Assembly: GCA_021791545.1 (NCBI GenBank)
Contig: JAJYWL010000016.1
Coordinates: 9,533 to 73,532 of the forward strand
Source: a bacterium
GTDB lineage: Bacteria; Patescibacteriota; Microgenomatia; Levybacterales; UBA12049
Direction of reading: 5' to 3'
DNA: 64,000 bases
In this document: positions 38,389 to 49,054 of the stretch, piece after piece
Layout of the letters: each line of letters opens with the position of its first letter
Numbering within the stretch: the first letter of the stretch is position 1
Translations under genes and position numbers: made by a program
The notes under the pieces: model-generated
Told to the model about the DNA's origin: nothing
Databases searched by the model: none
The model's input: only the letters and a program-made list of their open reading frames with translations

Positions 38389-39453
38389 CTATAAAGAGGG
38401 AGTCTGGGGCAATTTACTGCCTACCATAATTACTTCTTCCACAAGTCTATTTGCATAACCATACTCGTTGTCATACCAGGCAATTACTTTAACCATATTT
38501 CCCATAACCTGAGTGAGAGTAAGATCAACTATTGCAGAATAAGGATTTCCTATGATATCGCTTGAAACAATTGGATCTTCCGTAACCATTAGAATGCCGT
38601 TATAGATTGGGTTTTGAGCTTCTTTTTTAAATACCGACACAATCTCTTCTTTTGTGGTTTCTCTTTTAAGAATAAAAGTAAAATCCGAAAGAGAACCGAC
38701 AGCAACAGGAACTCTTATAGCAAGGCCTTGGAATATTCCGGAAAGAGCAGGAAGTGCTTTTGCTGCTGCCAGAGTCGCTCCCGTTGAAGTAGGAATTATA
38801 TTCATAGCTGCTGCTCTTGCCCTCCTATAATCGTCGTGTCCTCCGTCGTGAAGTCTTTGGTCCGAAGTATATCCATGGATAGTTGTCATCATTGCTTTTT
38901 CGATTCCGAAATTATCGGAAATAACTTTTGCGACAGGAGTTATGCAATTTGTCGTACAGGAAGCATTACTTATAAGATTTTCGCCATTATAATTTTGACT
39001 GTTTATAGACATGACAAATGTAGGTATTTCGCCTTCCTTTACGGGTGCCGACAAAACGGCAGCTTTTGCACCTGCTGTTAAATGAGCTTTAAGTTTTTCC
39101 TCTGTCGTATAGTGGCCGGTCGATTCGATTACAACATCTACGCTAAGATCTTTCCATGGAAGAAACGTTGCGTCTTTTTGAGACAAAACGGGAATTTTTT
39201 TATTATCTACTATTAGATATCCTATTAAATCTTTGAACTCGGGGGTTTCCCCTGCCTCCTGGTAGGAGATATCGATGCTATAAATAGGACCATAGGAACT
39301 ATCGTATTTGAGAAGATACATCCAGCCTTTTATGTCTGTCGAGGAACCGGCGTTAATTGCAACAACTTCTATTTCTTCTAAGAATTTTTCGAGGATAACC
39401 CTATGAGCTACTCTTCCTATTCTTCCGTATCCGTTAATTGCAACCTTAACCAT
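38389..39453 (-). CDS. gap: Glyceraldehyde-3-phosphate dehydrogenase
   Basis: INGYGRIGR, SNASCTTNC, WYDNE. Confidence 0.97.
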   Translation of the reverse strand: MVKVAINGYGRIGRVAHRVILEKFLEEIEVVAINAGSSTDIKGWMYLLKYDSSYGPIYSIDISYQEAGETPEFKDLIGYLIVDNKKIPVLSQKDATFLPWKDLSVDVVIESTGHYTTEEKLKAHLTAGAKAAVLSAPVKEGEIPTFVMSINSQNYNGENLISNASCTTNCITPVAKVISDNFGIEKAMMTTIHGYTSDQRLHDGGHDDYRRARAAAMNIIPTSTGATLAAAKALPALSGIFQGLAIRVPVAVGSLSDFTFILKRETTKEEIVSVFKKEAQNPIYNGILMVTEDPIVSSDIIGNPYSAIVDLTLTQVMGNMVKVIAWYDNEYGYANRLVEEVIMVGSKLPQTPSL

Positions 39454-39484
39454 AAATTAAGTATAACTTATAGATTTTTAATTC

Positions 39485-40543
39485 TCAATCAACTAAAGCT
39501 TCTAAACCAGGAAGATTCTCTCCTGCGAGGAAATTAAGCATTGCTCCTCCCCCCATTGATACAAAAGCGAATTTATGAAGAATCTGATGTTCTTTAAGAA
39601 AAGAGATTGTATCTCCTCCCCCGGCAACTGTAAAAGCGGAAGTCTTTGAAATTCCTTCTGCAATATCTTTCGTTCCTTTCTCAAAACCTTCCTCAAAAAG
39701 CCCCATTGGACCGTTCCATACAATGGTCTGGGCTTGATAAATTGTCTGAAGGAATTTTTCTATCGTATCTTCTGTAATATCTTTTCTATTTGAGAGAAGT
39801 TCACCAATAAGAAGTTCAGATTTAACTCCTTCTGTTTTTTCATGTGCGACCTTCATCAAAACTTGATCCTGCTCTGCAATCTCCCCTCCTACCAAGACGT
39901 AATCGGCAAGTTTGTGCATTTTTTCTACCATCGGTAGTTTTGTTTCTATTTTTGCTCCTCCTATTACAACAACTAATGGCCTTTTAGGATTTGTAATAAC
40001 AGCTGAAAGGTTCTTAATTTCTTCCTGCAATCTTATACCGGCAAAATGAGGTAGAAATTTTGTAATTGCAACTACAGAAGCGTCATTTCTATGGGAAACT
40101 GCGAATGCATCGTTTACATAGAGATCGCATCCTTTTGATAATTTTTCGGCAAAGGTTTTGTCATTCTCCTCTTCCTCTTTATAAAACCGTAAGTTCTCCA
40201 ACAGGAATACATTTTTTTCCACCTTCCACCCGTCAAAACCGTTTTTAGAGAAAGGAGTAATTTCATTGTGAAGTTCAAGTTGTGAGGCGAGCCAATCGGC
40301 GACAGGTCTTAAGCTAAAATTTTCCATCCTTCCATTAGGTCTTCCCAAATGTCCGACAATGGTAAGGTTTGCCTGGTTAGATAAAAGATATTCTAAAGTA
40401 GGAAGCCAGGATTTTAACCTTGTATCGTCAGCAATTACTGCTTTATCTCCCTCTTCTTTAAGGGGTACGTCTAAATCGCAACGTAAAAGAACATTCTTTC
40501 CTTTTACATCTGTTTCTCTTATATCTTTTATGTTTCCTATCAT
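39485..40543 (-). CDS. pgk: Phosphoglycerate kinase
   Basis: HLGRP, LLENLRF, NDAF, WNGPMG.FE, GGGD. Confidence 0.96.
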   Translation of the reverse strand: MIGNIKDIRETDVKGKNVLLRCDLDVPLKEEGDKAVIADDTRLKSWLPTLEYLLSNQANLTIVGHLGRPNGRMENFSLRPVADWLASQLELHNEITPFSKNGFDGWKVEKNVFLLENLRFYKEEEENDKTFAEKLSKGCDLYVNDAFAVSHRNDASVVAITKFLPHFAGIRLQEEIKNLSAVITNPKRPLVVVIGGAKIETKLPMVEKMHKLADYVLVGGEIAEQDQVLMKVAHEKTEGVKSELLIGELLSNRKDITEDTIEKFLQTIYQAQTIVWNGPMGLFEEGFEKGTKDIAEGISKTSAFTVAGGGDTISFLKEHQILHKFAFVSMGGGAMLNFLAGENLPGLEALVD

Positions 40544-41554
40544 TTAATCTGTAAATTCCTGGCAAAACATTTCGCCGTATGCTCCTCCGTCTATTACCCC
40601 TACTCCGAGTTTATGAAAATCCTTGGACAGAATATTTGCCCTATGCCCCGGACTTTGCATGAGTCCCTTCATCGCCAAATCAACGTTTGGAGCAAGTGCA
40701 AGATTTTCACCTGCATAATTAAAGGTTATATCCGCCTGAGACATTCTGTCAAAGGGAGAAAGTCCTTCAGGTGTATAGTGAGAGAAGTATCCTCTCTTAA
40801 ACATGTCCTCACAATGTGCTCTTCCCACATCCGTTAAGGCAGTTGATGTCTCAAGAGCAGATAATCCCCTTGATGTTCTTTCCTGATTTACCATCTCAAA
40901 CATTTTTTTTTCCGATGCATTATCTACGGATATGTTAGTTGTAGAAAAATTAAGATTTACGGATGAATCGCTTTTTGGCTCAACAGTAAGAAAAGAAAGT
41001 GTTTCGTTTAACGCTCCCCCGAAAATATTATTCAGGTCTTTTGCCATCCCCTGTGTATTTGCAACCAAAATATTACCTACTTTAGACTCAGAAACTGAAT
41101 GCTTAAGAAAATTAGAGAAAGGAAGAGCGATTATGAGAGTCAAAATAAAGGAAGTAAGCAAAAGTCCTGAAAGTATTCCCGGTATTATTCCCAAAAACTT
41201 ATTTATTGAATTAAAAATTCCGGGCGTTGGATTAAGATTTTTCAGAACATTCAATACCAGGAGTTTTAAAAACATAAATAAAATAACTTCGGTTAAAGCA
41301 GCAACTGCAAAAAATCCTATGGCATTTCCAAAAGCCTGGGGAATATGGAAAAGATCAACTATAAACTTGCCGACAACGAAGTAAAAAGATAAACCGAGGA
41401 TAAATGAAGCTACAAAACTTAGAAGGTCCAAAAAAGCTGCCAAAAAACCTAGTCCGTATCCCTCGATTCCATAAATCACCAAAACAACAAGAACAAATAT
41501 GTCTACCCAATTAAATCCTAATGCGGAAAAAGAAAGAAGAGATAAAAGATTCAT
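40544..41554 (-). CDS. CvpA-like membrane domain fused to CAP/SCP domain
   Basis: N-terminal CvpA-like TM helices; C-terminal HCEDM...YFSH...GENLA...SPGHRANIL. Confidence 0.85.
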   Translation of the reverse strand: MNLLSLLSFSALGFNWVDIFVLVVLVIYGIEGYGLGFLAAFLDLLSFVASFILGLSFYFVVGKFIVDLFHIPQAFGNAIGFFAVAALTEVILFMFLKLLVLNVLKNLNPTPGIFNSINKFLGIIPGILSGLLLTSFILTLIIALPFSNFLKHSVSESKVGNILVANTQGMAKDLNNIFGGALNETLSFLTVEPKSDSSVNLNFSTTNISVDNASEKKMFEMVNQERTSRGLSALETSTALTDVGRAHCEDMFKRGYFSHYTPEGLSPFDRMSQADITFNYAGENLALAPNVDLAMKGLMQSPGHRANILSKDFHKLGVGVIDGGAYGEMFCQEFTD

Positions 41555-41622
41555 AATAATACTATTATAGTAGATACTAATAATATTGTAAGTCTACCTT
41601 TCAGATGCTATCATTAAGCCGT

Positions 41623-43818
41623 ATGAAAAAGGCTAAAAAAGAGAAAGAAACAAGTCTTAAAAAAATTCTCCTTCCGTTAAGAAAATTCTTCTTTCAAAGG
41701 CCTTTTCTGGGGATATTCATAATAGTTTTATCAAGCCTTTTCTATTTTTTCATATTAAGAGATCTTCCTCTCCCGACACGCCTTTCAAGTTCGAGCACAC
41801 CTCAATCTTCCCAGATATTCGACAGGAATGGAAAGCTTCTCTATACAATCTTTGACAAGAAAAACCAAACATTCATTCCTCTTTCTCAAATTCCTCAAAA
41901 TCTTCAGAATGCAACTATAGCAATCGAGGATAAAGGCTTCTATCAACACGGGGCCGTCGATATAAGAGGAATAGCAAGAGCTTTTGTTTCAACCGTCTTT
42001 CATCAGCAGATACAGGGAGGGTCAACTCTAACCCAACAACTCGTTAAGAATAGTCTCTTAACTCAGGAACAGACAATTCCAAGAAAAGTAAAAGAGATAA
42101 TTCTGGCCTTTGCAACGGAACTAATCTATTCAAAAAAACAAATTCTTGAAATGTACCTTAATCAAACTCCATATGGAGGGACTGCATACGGAGTAGAAGC
42201 TGCATCCGAACTATATTTCGGAAAACCGGCAAAAAACCTCGATCTTGCAGAAAGCGCTCTATTGGCAGGCCTTCCTCAATCTCCTACCCAATATTCACCT
42301 TTCGGATCACACCCTGAAGAAGGAAGAGACAGGCAAATAGAAGTATTAAAAGCAATGCAAGAACAAGGATATATCTCAAAAGACCAGGAACAAAAAGCAA
42401 TGAAAGAAACACTTGATTACAAAAGAATATCCAATTCAATCCAGGCTCCACACTTCGTTTTATACATAAAGGACCTTTTAACTCAAAAATATGGAGATAA
42501 AGTGGTAGAAGAAGGAGGACTTAAAGTAACGACCACTCTTGATCTTGACCTACAAAACGCAGCCCAAGCATCGGTAGCGGCAGAAATAAACGATCTTCCA
42601 AAATATTATCGAGTATCAAACGGAGCGGCAATGGTAGTACAACCGGGAACAGGAGAAATTCTTGCAATGGTAGGAAGTAAAGATTATTTTGACTCTTCAA
42701 TAGACGGTAATGTAAATGTTCCCCTTTCTCTAAGACAACCAGGTTCTTCCATAAAACCCATAAATTATGCAGCGGGAATAGCAAACGGTTATACTGCGGC
42801 GACACCTTTTATAGACGAACCTACATGCTTCCCCAATCAGGGAGGAAAAGATTATTGTCCGGTAAATTACGACGGCAAATTCCATGGAGTGGTTGAAATG
42901 AGAACTGCACTTGCCAACTCATTTAATATTCCTGCCGTAAAGATGCTCAAAGCAAACGGAATTTCTACTATGATTGCCACCGCTTCAGCAATGGGAATAA
43001 GCACTTTTACCCATCCGGAAAAATATGGACTTTCTCTAACATTGGGCGGAGCCGAAGTAAGCATGTACGAAATGATGGAAGTATACTCCGACTTTGCAAA
43101 TCAGGGATATAGGATTCCTCTCCAGCCTATCTTAAAGGTAACAGACAAGAACGGAAAAACTCTTGAAAACTACACTCCCCCTGCAAGTCCTATTATGGGA
43201 AAAAAAGTTCTTCCTGAGGGAGTTGCCTACATAATTTCAAATATTTTGTCCGACAATAACGCAAGAGCTTTAGAGTTTGGCGAACACTCCTCTTTATATA
43301 TTCCGGGTCAAACAGTAGCCGTAAAAACAGGAACAACCAATGACATTAAAGACAACTGGACATTCGGCTACACTCCTTCTTATGTCGTAGGCACATGGGT
43401 CGGAAATAACGATAACTCCCCCATGAGCGGTCTTGTTTCAGGAATAACCGGTGCAGCACCCATCTGGCACGACATCATGTCATATATTCTAGAGAATAAA
43501 CCTGTCCAGCCCTTCGACAGGCCTTCAAACATAGTTCAAAAATCAGTCTGTTCCGATACTGGTGCCTTACCTGACGCAAACAACAAATGTCCGACGAGAA
43601 TGGAATACTTCATAAAAGGAAAAGAACCGGTAAATTACGTGTCCCAAAAGAATACTTGGGTAGACAAAAATACACAGGACCTCCCTGCTAAAGGACAAAC
43701 AGATAATCTTGAGCTCAAAGACGTTACCTTACTTACCGATCCTGTTGGAGATCAATATTGCCTTTCATGTCCTCATCCCTCACCTTCCCCGTCACCGTCC
43801 CCTACCCCGGCCCATTGA
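41623..43818 (+). CDS. Class A penicillin-binding protein (PBP1A-like)
   Basis: EDKGFY, QGGSTLTQQL, RKVKE, GSSIKP, SFN, KTGT. Start probably MKKAKK. Confidence 0.95.
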   Translation: MKKAKKEKETSLKKILLPLRKFFFQRPFLGIFIIVLSSLFYFFILRDLPLPTRLSSSSTPQSSQIFDRNGKLLYTIFDKKNQTFIPLSQIPQNLQNATIAIEDKGFYQHGAVDIRGIARAFVSTVFHQQIQGGSTLTQQLVKNSLLTQEQTIPRKVKEIILAFATELIYSKKQILEMYLNQTPYGGTAYGVEAASELYFGKPAKNLDLAESALLAGLPQSPTQYSPFGSHPEEGRDRQIEVLKAMQEQGYISKDQEQKAMKETLDYKRISNSIQAPHFVLYIKDLLTQKYGDKVVEEGGLKVTTTLDLDLQNAAQASVAAEINDLPKYYRVSNGAAMVVQPGTGEILAMVGSKDYFDSSIDGNVNVPLSLRQPGSSIKPINYAAGIANGYTAATPFIDEPTCFPNQGGKDYCPVNYDGKFHGVVEMRTALANSFNIPAVKMLKANGISTMIATASAMGISTFTHPEKYGLSLTLGGAEVSMYEMMEVYSDFANQGYRIPLQPILKVTDKNGKTLENYTPPASPIMGKKVLPEGVAYIISNILSDNNARALEFGEHSSLYIPGQTVAVKTGTTNDIKDNWTFGYTPSYVVGTWVGNNDNSPMSGLVSGITGAAPIWHDIMSYILENKPVQPFDRPSNIVQKSVCSDTGALPDANNKCPTRMEYFIKGKEPVNYVSQKNTWVDKNTQDLPAKGQTDNLELKDVTLLTDPVGDQYCLSCPHPSPSPSPSPTPAH

Positions 43819-43879
43819 GGCTTTCATTTTGGAATAACTTATAGTATAATCTGGGGCAATCTACCCCAATAAAAAAGAT

Positions 43880-46204
43880 ATGACATTCTTATTAAATGTA
43901 ACTATTTTTGTATTAAGGGTGTTAATAGCAATTGGAGATATAGTAATTCTCCTTTTTAACCTTGCTTTCAATATTGTCAAAACCGCATTTTTCCTCGTAA
44001 AAGAAAGGGTCAAAGACGTCAAAAATTCGATCTTTGGCTTAAAAAATATTTTCAAAATAAGGAAAATAAAGCTTAGACTGCCAAGAGTAAAGATATCTCT
44101 TCCCAAAATAAGTATAAAAAGTCCTTTTAGAAGACCCTCGTATAGTCCCCTTACAGTCGTTAGATCTTTTGAAGTCGCAAAAAAAGAATTCAAAAGAACA
44201 AAAAGAATTAAACCTCTAAAACCCAAAACCGTAACTGTTTTTCCTCTTCCGGCAGCTTTTAAATTTAAATACTTTTTCTTCGGGTTATTGTTCTTTTTTA
44301 TATTCATATTCATTCCTTTTGGAATATATAGTTTCCTTCAAAGCCTTCCCAATCCAAAACAACTTTCAGAAAGAGAAATTCCTCAAACAACCAAAATCTT
44401 TGACAGAAACGGAAATCTTTTGTATCAAATCTATGTAAATCAAAATAGGACCCTTATTCCCTTGTCTTCTGTTCCAAAGAATCTTATAAACGCAACTATT
44501 GCAATCGAGGATAAAGATTTCTACAGAAACCCGGGTTTTGATTTCCCTTCAATAGTAAGAGCGGCAATTGCGGACGCTTCGGGAAAACCCGTACAGGGAG
44601 GTTCGACGATAACACAACAGCTTATAAAGTCTACCCTTCTTACTCCGGAAGTAAGTATCACAAGAAAAATAAAAGAAATTGTCCTGGCTTTCTGGGCAGA
44701 AAGGATATATTCAAAAAATGAAATCTTGGAGATGTATCTTAACCAGGTTGCATATGGCGGAACTTCCTGGGGAATAGAAGCAGCCTCCGAAGTATACTTC
44801 GGTAAAAAAGCTTCTGATCTTGACCTTGCACAATGCGCATTCTTGGCGGGAATGCCTCAAGCTCCTTCCGATTATTCTCCATATGGAGAAAATCCCAATC
44901 TTTGGAAGAAAAGACAAAAAGAAGTTTTGGATAAGATGCAAAAACTTTCCTATATAACAAAACAGCAGGAAGACGAGGCTCTTTCCGAACAGCTTATTTT
45001 TCAATCACCTCAAACACCTATTTATGCTCCACACTTCGTAATGTATGTAAAAGATTATTTAATTCAAAAATATGGACTACCTTTAGTTGAAAAAGGGGGT
45101 CTTAACGTTGTCACATCTTTAGACCTTAAAACCCAACAAATGGCAGAAAACGTAGTAAGAAACGAGGTAAATAACGATGCATACCTTAACCTTACAAACG
45201 GAGCCGCCTTGATAACAAATCCGTCAAACGGAGACATACTCGCTATGGTAGGAAGCAAAGATTACGATGATCCGAACGGAGGAAATGTTAACCTCACTAC
45301 GGCACTAAGACAACCGGGATCTTCTATAAAGGTAGTAACGTATAGCGCAGCTTTAACCAGCGGGTTCACTGCGGCAACCATCCTTGACGATAGTCCAGTG
45401 ACCTATGTCACCGCCGGAAGCACTCCCTACTCACCCGTTAATTATGACGGCAAATTTCATGGACATGTTCCTTTGAGAATTGCTCTTGCCAACTCATTTA
45501 ATATTCCTGCCGTAAAAACATTACAAAAAATTGGCGTACCCCAGATGATGAATTTGGCAAAAGACATGGGAATTACTACCTGGAAAGAACCAAGTGATTA
45601 CGGGTTGGCAATTACCTTAGGAGCCGCCGAAGTTAAAATGACTGACATGGCAACAGTATATGGAACTTTAGCAAACGAGGGAGAAAAGATAGACCTTGAT
45701 CCGATTCTAAAAATAACAGACTACAAAGGAGACATGATATATAGCAAAGGATTTATTCAAAGAACACGAGTATTGGATAAAGGAATCGCTTTTATTATGT
45801 CAAACATATTATCCGATAATCAGGCAAGATCTATAGAGTTTGGAACCAATTCTCCTCTTAACATTCCTGGTCATACCGTTTCGGTTAAGACAGGTACCAC
45901 AGATAATAAAAGAGATAATTGGACTTTTGGATATACCCCAAACACTTTAGTCGCTGTCTGGGTCGGAAATAACGACAATTCACCCATGAGCCAAAATCTG
46001 GCATCCGGAATTACGGGGGCAGCTCCTATCTTTCATGCAATTATGGAAAACCTGCTTAACGGAAAACCTGATCAAAAAATGGCAATGCCCGGAGATGTAG
46101 TGCAAAAAACATGTTATGGAAAACCCGAGTATTTTATAAAAGGGACCGAAAATCTTGTAAACTGTAATTTTATTGCAACCCCAAGCGCTACCGTTACACC
46201 TTAA
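43880..46204 (+). CDS. Class A penicillin-binding protein paralog
   Basis: EDKDFY, QGGSTITQQL, GSSIKV, SFN, KTGT; long basic N-terminal region. Confidence 0.95.
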   Translation: MTFLLNVTIFVLRVLIAIGDIVILLFNLAFNIVKTAFFLVKERVKDVKNSIFGLKNIFKIRKIKLRLPRVKISLPKISIKSPFRRPSYSPLTVVRSFEVAKKEFKRTKRIKPLKPKTVTVFPLPAAFKFKYFFFGLLFFFIFIFIPFGIYSFLQSLPNPKQLSEREIPQTTKIFDRNGNLLYQIYVNQNRTLIPLSSVPKNLINATIAIEDKDFYRNPGFDFPSIVRAAIADASGKPVQGGSTITQQLIKSTLLTPEVSITRKIKEIVLAFWAERIYSKNEILEMYLNQVAYGGTSWGIEAASEVYFGKKASDLDLAQCAFLAGMPQAPSDYSPYGENPNLWKKRQKEVLDKMQKLSYITKQQEDEALSEQLIFQSPQTPIYAPHFVMYVKDYLIQKYGLPLVEKGGLNVVTSLDLKTQQMAENVVRNEVNNDAYLNLTNGAALITNPSNGDILAMVGSKDYDDPNGGNVNLTTALRQPGSSIKVVTYSAALTSGFTAATILDDSPVTYVTAGSTPYSPVNYDGKFHGHVPLRIALANSFNIPAVKTLQKIGVPQMMNLAKDMGITTWKEPSDYGLAITLGAAEVKMTDMATVYGTLANEGEKIDLDPILKITDYKGDMIYSKGFIQRTRVLDKGIAFIMSNILSDNQARSIEFGTNSPLNIPGHTVSVKTGTTDNKRDNWTFGYTPNTLVAVWVGNNDNSPMSQNLASGITGAAPIFHAIMENLLNGKPDQKMAMPGDVVQKTCYGKPEYFIKGTENLVNCNFIATPSATVTP

Positions 46205-46826
46205 AAATTAACGAGGATAATGTCTCAAAATTAGTCTTAATATCTCCCTTAAAAAGAAAACTTGTCGATATAAAATAATTTGCTCCGGCGTCTTCTATAT
46301 CTCTTATATTTTTGTCGTTTACCCCTCCGTCAACCTCAATACTAACTAGTGAGTTTTTCCTTATTTCTCGGACTTTTTCTAAAGAATCGGGTAAAAATTG
46401 TTGTCCCGAGAAACCCGCATTAACACCCATCACTAAAACTGTATCAAGGTCCTCAAAAGACACTTTTATCTCCTCTATCGGCGTCTTAAAATCTAGAGCA
46501 AGACCTACTTCGCCCATCTCCTGTGCTTTTACTACAAAATCCTCCTGACTTCCCATTTTTTCAATATGTCCAACAAATCTTTTAAAACCCGCGTCAGCCA
46601 AAGGTTTAATAAAATCTATCGGTTCATCCACCATCAAATGAGCTTCTAAAAATAAGTCTTTTGAAAGAGATGAAAATTTTTGAAAATCCAAAAAAGTAGT
46701 ATTCTGAGAAAACTTTCCGTCAATAAAATCTATATGTATTGTCCTTGTAAATTCCCGGCAAAGATTAATTTTTGCTTCAATTTCTTCCCATGAGGTTTCT
46801 AATATTCCGGGGATAATTTCATTCAT
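46194..46826 (-). CDS. rpe: Ribulose-phosphate 3-epimerase
   Basis: HIDFIDG, EAHLMV, GFSGQ.F, EVDGGV. Confidence 0.93.
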   Translation of the reverse strand: MNEIIPGILETSWEEIEAKINLCREFTRTIHIDFIDGKFSQNTTFLDFQKFSSLSKDLFLEAHLMVDEPIDFIKPLADAGFKRFVGHIEKMGSQEDFVVKAQEMGEVGLALDFKTPIEEIKVSFEDLDTVLVMGVNAGFSGQQFLPDSLEKVREIRKNSLVSIEVDGGVNDKNIRDIEDAGANYFISTSFLFKGDIKTNFETLSSLIFKV

Positions 46827-47271
46827 AATTACTTTCTATCTCTTTAATTTTCTCTATCCTTCTTACGTGCCTCTGGTCACCACTAAAGGGAGTGTTAAGA
46901 AAAAGTTCTACAAACTCCTCGGCCGTTCTTTCATCTACAAAAGCAGATCCTAAAGACAAAACATTAGCGTTGTTATGTTCTCTTAATAGTTTTACGTTTT
47001 CTTCGTTAAAACCTAGTCCTGCCCTTACATTTTTAAATTTATTTGCAACTATTGCCTCTCCTCCTCCGGACTTTCCGAAGATAATCGCAAAATCGTCAGG
47101 ATTTTCGGAAACCTTTTCCGCAGCCCTCTTTATTAAATCGGGATAATCGTCATTATTATTGAATTCATAGGCTCCCATGTCCTCTACATCCATGTTTTTT
47201 CTTTTAAGGAAATCTTTTATTTTATCCTTTAATTCCAAGCCTGCATGATCGGTTGCCAAATAAACTTTCAT
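46819..47271 (-). CDS. rpiB: Ribose-5-phosphate isomerase B family
   Basis: DHAG, DDYPD, ANK, HNNANVL, RH.RR. Confidence 0.92.
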   Translation of the reverse strand: MKVYLATDHAGLELKDKIKDFLKRKNMDVEDMGAYEFNNNDDYPDLIKRAAEKVSENPDDFAIIFGKSGGGEAIVANKFKNVRAGLGFNEENVKLLREHNNANVLSLGSAFVDERTAEEFVELFLNTPFSGDQRHVRRIEKIKEIESNYE

Positions 47272-47348
47272 TAACTTTATTAAAACACATAGATAACTTA
47301 AAACTCAAATTTGGAATTATTAACTAAACTGTTATAATGGATAAAGCC

Positions 47349-49052
47349 ATGAAAAAAATTCTCTTCTTATTCTCCGTCGTAGTCTTACTTTCCATTACTG
47401 TCGTTCTTGTTCCTGTAAGAGCCCAGGATGATATGTGCAAGAATCCTTCAACTCTTCAGCTTGAAGATATAAATAGATGTCTCGACCAGCTAAACAAAGC
47501 AAAACAAGATTCGGAAAATGCAACCAAACCTCTCGAAGATCAGGTTGCAGGAATAAAACAAAGAGTTGCCAATATCGAATACGACATGGGAATTAAACAA
47601 AAAAACATTGAAGACGGATATAAAAACCTTGAAAAACAAACCGAAATACTTAATGCGACAATAAAAGACTTCTATATAAAATCCTATTACAATTCACCAT
47701 TACTACTTCTCCTCGCATCTAACACGGCTTCGGAATTTACCCAGGTATTAGGGTATCAGAGGGCAAATGCAGATAGAGACAAAGCAATAATCACCAACAT
47801 TGCATTAACCATTCAGGATCTTGAAAACAAAAAGAAAGAGCTGCAAAGCGAAGAACAAAGCCTGGTAGTAGTAAAAAGTAAACTGGATAAAATTGTTGCC
47901 GATGCAAAAGCCTATCAAGCAACTTTATCGAGCCAAATATCACAGTTATCTGCAAGACAGCAGCAGATATTGGCCCAAAGACTTGCGAGTCTTAATATTC
48001 CCCTTTATGCAAATACTTCGGGTGGGTGCTCAAGTGACGTGGGGAAAAACCCGGGTTTTGGAGGAGCAATAGCATTCTTTACTTATGGTGTTCCCAACCG
48101 AGTAGGTCTTAATCAATACGGAGCTTTAGGAAGATCAAAAGCAGGACAAAAATATGAAGATATTCTAAGAGCCTATTACAACTTCGATTCACTTGAGAAA
48201 AGAGACGCCACCATTAATGTAGACGGAAACGGAAGCTATTCCTTAGACGACTATGTTAAAAGAATTTATGAAGTACCTAATGAATGGGGAGATCAGGGAG
48301 GAATGGACGCATTAAGAGCTCAGGCAATAGCTGCACGTTCTTATGCCCTTGCCTACACAAATAACGGAGCTAATTCTATTTGCACAACTCAGCAATGCCA
48401 GGTTTTCCAGCCAAACCCCAAAGGAGGAAACTGGGATCAGGCAGTTAATGACACGGCGGGTCTTGTTATGGTACAGGGCGGACAACCAATAAAAGCATGG
48501 TTCTCCTCAACCCACGGAGGATATATGTTTAGTTCGGGAGATATCGGCTGGAGTGGAACATCCTGGACTAAAAACGGACAAGATGCAAACGGCAGTATAA
48601 ACAACTGGTCCGATCTTAAAAATAATGCATATGACAAAGACTCTCCCTGGTTCTACTGCGATTGGGGATCAAGAGGTGACTACAATAATACAGCTTGGTT
48701 AAAGCCGGAAGAAGTAGCAGACATTATAAATGTAATACTTCTTATGCAAAAAGATTCAGGGGTAAGAGACCACATTTATCAGACAGATAAATCTAACCCT
48801 GCGGGAACAGACACCTGGGATGCGAATAGAGTAAGACAGGAACTTAAGAATCGAGGAGGAAATCCCTTCTCAAGCGTCTCGGATATATCCGTTTCTGCCG
48901 ATTTTGGTTCCGGTAAAACAACTAATGTACATGTTTCCGGAGATGCAGGCTCTGTTGACATAAACGGGTCCGATTTCAAGAACTACTTCAACCTTAGAGC
49001 TCCTGCCAACATCCAAATTGTTGGACCGTTGTATAATGTAGAAAAGGAATAA
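47349..49052 (+). CDS. Secreted coiled-coil plus SpoIID/LytB lytic transglycosylase-like protein
   Basis: Signal peptide, coiled coil, YEVP..W...ALRAQAIAARSYA, ICTTQQCQV. Confidence 0.85.
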   Translation: MKKILFLFSVVVLLSITVVLVPVRAQDDMCKNPSTLQLEDINRCLDQLNKAKQDSENATKPLEDQVAGIKQRVANIEYDMGIKQKNIEDGYKNLEKQTEILNATIKDFYIKSYYNSPLLLLLASNTASEFTQVLGYQRANADRDKAIITNIALTIQDLENKKKELQSEEQSLVVVKSKLDKIVADAKAYQATLSSQISQLSARQQQILAQRLASLNIPLYANTSGGCSSDVGKNPGFGGAIAFFTYGVPNRVGLNQYGALGRSKAGQKYEDILRAYYNFDSLEKRDATINVDGNGSYSLDDYVKRIYEVPNEWGDQGGMDALRAQAIAARSYALAYTNNGANSICTTQQCQVFQPNPKGGNWDQAVNDTAGLVMVQGGQPIKAWFSSTHGGYMFSSGDIGWSGTSWTKNGQDANGSINNWSDLKNNAYDKDSPWFYCDWGSRGDYNNTAWLKPEEVADIINVILLMQKDSGVRDHIYQTDKSNPAGTDTWDANRVRQELKNRGGNPFSSVSDISVSADFGSGKTTNVHVSGDAGSVDINGSDFKNYFNLRAPANIQIVGPLYNVEKE

Positions 49053-49054
49053 TT

